Source: an uncultured Olsenella sp. (GTDB lineage Bacteria > Actinomycetota > Coriobacteriia > Coriobacteriales > Atopobiaceae). From it: DNA of 47,815 nt. The stretch spans positions 1 through 47,815 of the forward strand of contig CAUGFC010000001.1 of the NCBI GenBank assembly GCA_959598545.1. Reading direction: 5' to 3'. Below, piece after piece: positions 45,242 through 47,815 of this stretch. Below the pieces are notes generated by a model. That model saw only the letters and a program-made list of their open reading frames with translations. It made no database searches and was not told the origin of the DNA. A program made the position numbers and the translations under genes. Each line of letters begins with the position of its first letter. Positions within the stretch are counted from its first letter, which is position 1.

Positions 45242-47815
45242 CTAGTCCTCGTAGGAGCTGGGCTCGCGGCCGTAGAAGGCGTCGAGGTAGAGCTCCTTGA
45301 TCTCGGAGATGAGCGGGTAGCGCGGGTTGGCGCCGGTGCACTGGTCGTTGAACGCGTTCTCGGACATCTCGTCGAGCGTGGCGAGGAAGTCCTCCTCGGT
45401 GACGCCGAAGCCGGCGATGGTCTCGGGCACGCCCACGTGAGCCTTGAGCTCCTCGATGCGGGCGATGAAGTTCTCGAAGACCTCCTGGTCGTTGCGGCCC
45501 TTGATGCCGCAGAAGCGACCGGCCTCGGCATAGCGCGCCAGGGTCTTGGGGTGGTCGTACTGCGGGAAGGTGCCCATCTTCACCGGGCGCTCGGCGGCGT
45601 TGTAGCGCATGACGCGGGTGAGGATGACGGCGTTGGCCAGGCCGTGCGCGATGTGGTGGTAGGCGCCGAGCTTGTGGGCCATGGAGTGGTTGACGCCGAG
45701 GAAGGCGTTGGCGAAGGCCATGCCGGCGAGGCAGGAGGCGTTGGCCATGTGGTCGCGGGCCTCGACGTCGGTGCCGTCGTCATAGGCGCGCTCGAGGTAG
45801 GTGAGGACGAGCTTCATGGCGCGCAGGGCGAGGCCGTCGGTGTAGTCGGACGCCATGATGGAGACGTAGGCCTCGAGGGCGTGCGTGAGGACGTCGACGC
45901 CGGAGGCGGCGGTCAGGCCCTTGGGCTGGGTCATCATGTTGTCGGTGTCGACGATGGCCATGTTGGGCAGGAGCTGGTAGTCGGCGATCGGCCACTTGGT
46001 GCCCGTGTTGGCGTCGGTGATGATCGAGAAGGGCGTCACCTCGGAGCCCGTGCCGGAGGAGGTGGGGATGGCCACGAAGAAGGCCTTCTCGCCCATCTGC
46101 GGGAACGTGTAGACGCGCTTGCGGATGTCCATGAAGTCCATGGCCATGTCCTCGAACTTGGCCTCGGGGTGCTCGTACATCATCCACATGATCTTGCCGG
46201 CGTCCATCGCGGAGCCGCCGCCGATGGCGATGATGCAGTCGGGCTCGAAAGCCTTGACCTGCTCGAGGCCGCGCTCGCAGTCCTGGAGCTTGGGGTCGGG
46301 CGAGATGGACCAGAAGCTGGAGTAGACGATGCCCTGCTCGTCGAGGGACGCCTCGATCTTCTTGGTGAAACCGCTCTTGTAGAGGAAGGAGTCGGTGACG
46401 ATGAAGGCACGCTTCTTGCCGTAGACCTCGGAGAGCTCGCGAAGCGCCACGGGCATGCAGCCCTTCTTGAAGAAGACCTTCTCGGGAACACGGAACCACA
46501 GCATGTTCTCACGCCTCTCTGCGACGGACTTGATGTTGAGCAGGTGCTGGGGGCCGACGTTGCCCGAGACGGAGTTGCCGCCCCAGGAGCCGCAGCCGAG
46601 CGTCAGCGAGGGCGGCATCTTGAAGTTGTAGATGTCGCCGATGCCGCCCTGAGCGGCCGGGGTGTTGATGAGGATGCGGCACGTCTTCATGCGCTTGGCG
46701 TGCTCGGCCATCTTCTCGGTCTCGCGGGTGTCGATGAACAGCGAGCTCGTGTGGCCATAGCCGCCGTCGGCGATGAGGCGCTCGGCCTTGGAGAGGGCGT
46801 CCTCCCAGTTCTTGGCGCGATACATGCCGAGGATAGTGGTGAGCTTCTCGTGCGCCCACGGCTCGGACGGCTCGACGGACTCGACCTCGCCGATGAGGAC
46901 CTTGGTGCTGGCCGGGACGGTCACGCCGGCGGCCTCGGCGATCTTGGGGGCGGGCTGGCCGACCATCTTGGCGTTGACGCCGCCGTTGACGATGACGGTG
47001 TTGCCGACCTTGGCGATCTCGTCGCCCTTGAGGAAGTAGCAGCCGCGCTTCTCGAACTCGGCCTTGACCTTGTTGTAGACCTTGTCGAGGACGATGACGT
47101 TCTGCTCGGTGGCGCAGATCATGCCGTAGTCGAAGGTCTTGGAGTGGATGATGGAGTTCACGGAGAGCTCGATGTCGGCGGTGTCGTCGATGATCGCCGG
47201 GTTGTTGCCCGGGCCGACGCCCAGGGCCGGCTTGCCGGAGGAGTAGGCGGCGTTGACCATGCCCGGGCCACCGGTGGCCAGGATGATGTCAGCGGAGCGC
47301 ATGAGCTCGGAGGTCATGTCGAGGGACGGGACGTCGACCCAGTCGATGATGCCCTTGGGGGCACCGGCGGCCTCGGCGGCCTCGCGCACGATGCGGGCGG
47401 CCTCGGCGGTGCACTTGCCGGCGCGCGGGTGCGGGGAGATGAGGATCGCGTTGCGGGTCTTCAGGGAGATGAGCGTCTTGAAGATCGCGGTGGAGGTGGG
47501 GTTGGTCGTCGGGATGACGGCGGCGACGATGCCGAGCGGCTCGGCGATCTGCTTGTAGCCGAAGGCGGGGTCGTCGGAGATGACGTCGCACGTCTTCATG
47601 TCCTTGTACTTGTTGTAGATGTACTCGGAGGCATAGTGGTTCTTGATGACCTTGTCCTCCATGACGCCGTAGCCGGTCTCCTCGACGGCCATCTTGGCCA
47701 GCGGGATGCGGGCCTTGTTGGCTGCCATGGCGGCCTCATAGAAGATCTTGTCCACCTGCTCCTGGGTGAACTTCGCGAACTCGGCCTGCGCGACGCGCAT
47801 CTCCTTGATGCGCTC
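45242..47815 (-). CDS. adhE: Bifunctional acetaldehyde-CoA/alcohol dehydrogenase (5' end beyond the window)
   Basis: PTTNPTST, ATGGPGMV, MICATEQ, HEKL, TLGCGSWGGNS, GGGSAMDAGK, PTSSGTGSE, HSMAHKLG...HGLAN. The frame stays open to the window edge. Confidence 0.97.
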   Translation of the reverse strand, partial: ERIKEMRVAQAEFAKFTQEQVDKIFYEAAMAANKARIPLAKMAVEETGYGVMEDKVIKNHYASEYIYNKYKDMKTCDVISDDPAFGYKQIAEPLGIVAAVIPTTNPTSTAIFKTLISLKTRNAILISPHPRAGKCTAEAARIVREAAEAAGAPKGIIDWVDVPSLDMTSELMRSADIILATGGPGMVNAAYSSGKPALGVGPGNNPAIIDDTADIELSVNSIIHSKTFDYGMICATEQNVIVLDKVYNKVKAEFEKRGCYFLKGDEIAKVGNTVIVNGGVNAKMVGQPAPKIAEAAGVTVPASTKVLIGEVESVEPSEPWAHEKLTTILGMYRAKNWEDALSKAERLIADGGYGHTSSLFIDTRETEKMAEHAKRMKTCRILINTPAAQGGIGDIYNFKMPPSLTLGCGSWGGNSVSGNVGPQHLLNIKSVAERRENMLWFRVPEKVFFKKGCMPVALRELSEVYGKKRAFIVTDSFLYKSGFTKKIEASLDEQGIVYSSFWSISPDPKLQDCERGLEQVKAFEPDCIIAIGGGSAMDAGKIMWMMYEHPEAKFEDMAMDFMDIRKRVYTFPQMGEKAFFVAIPTSSGTGSEVTPFSIITDANTGTKWPIADYQLLPNMAIVDTDNMMTQPKGLTAASGVDVLTHALEAYVSIMASDYTDGLALRAMKLVLTYLERAYDDGTDVEARDHMANASCLAGMAFANAFLGVNHSMAHKLGAYHHIAHGLANAVILTRVMRYNAAERPVKMGTFPQYDHPKTLARYAEAGRFCGIKGRNDQEVFENFIARIEELKAHVGVPETIAGFGVTEEDFLATLDEMSENAFNDQCTGANPRYPLISEIKELYLDAFYGREPSSYED

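Overview
A GC-rich (roughly 68-70%, estimated by eye) chromosomal backbone from an anaerobic Actinomycetota. Gene content and style suggest Coriobacteriia, probably Olsenella/Atopobiaceae-like (inference). From left to right: the 5' part of a P-type ATPase; tRNA-Arg(CCG); a complete shikimate/Phe/Tyr cluster (DAHP synthase, tyrA, aroB, aroA, aroC, pheA, aroE-aroK fusion, and an aroQ carrying an N-terminal PTS EIIB domain); 5-formyl-THF cyclo-ligase; trpS; arcA-arcB; ppk1-rlmD; S58 peptidase, maf and ferredoxin; glf plus a GT2; pta; a truncated PIN-toxin remnant; pckA; aldose epimerase and GNAT; a polar amino-acid ABC transporter with a C26 glutamine amidotransferase; ackA; HIT, xseB, xseA, Zn peptidase and rnd; a lipid kinase; azlCD; an oxidoreductase; thioesterase, NUDIX, thyA and folA; an APH-fold kinase; and adhE (cut by the window edge). 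No transposase, integrase, cas gene or defence system was recognised. Most notable: (1) the EIIB-AroQ fusion keeps its phospho-acceptor Cys and appears to have its own promoter and a switch-like leader; (2) two non-coding elements (4.3 kb and 28.0-28.3 kb) consist of phased direct repeats mirrored around a central spacer; (3) an inverted pair of hairpins at 33.8-34.0 kb shows compensatory base changes; (4) aroA appears to carry an ~11-codon in-frame deletion. All calls rest on motif recognition by eye; no database searches were run.
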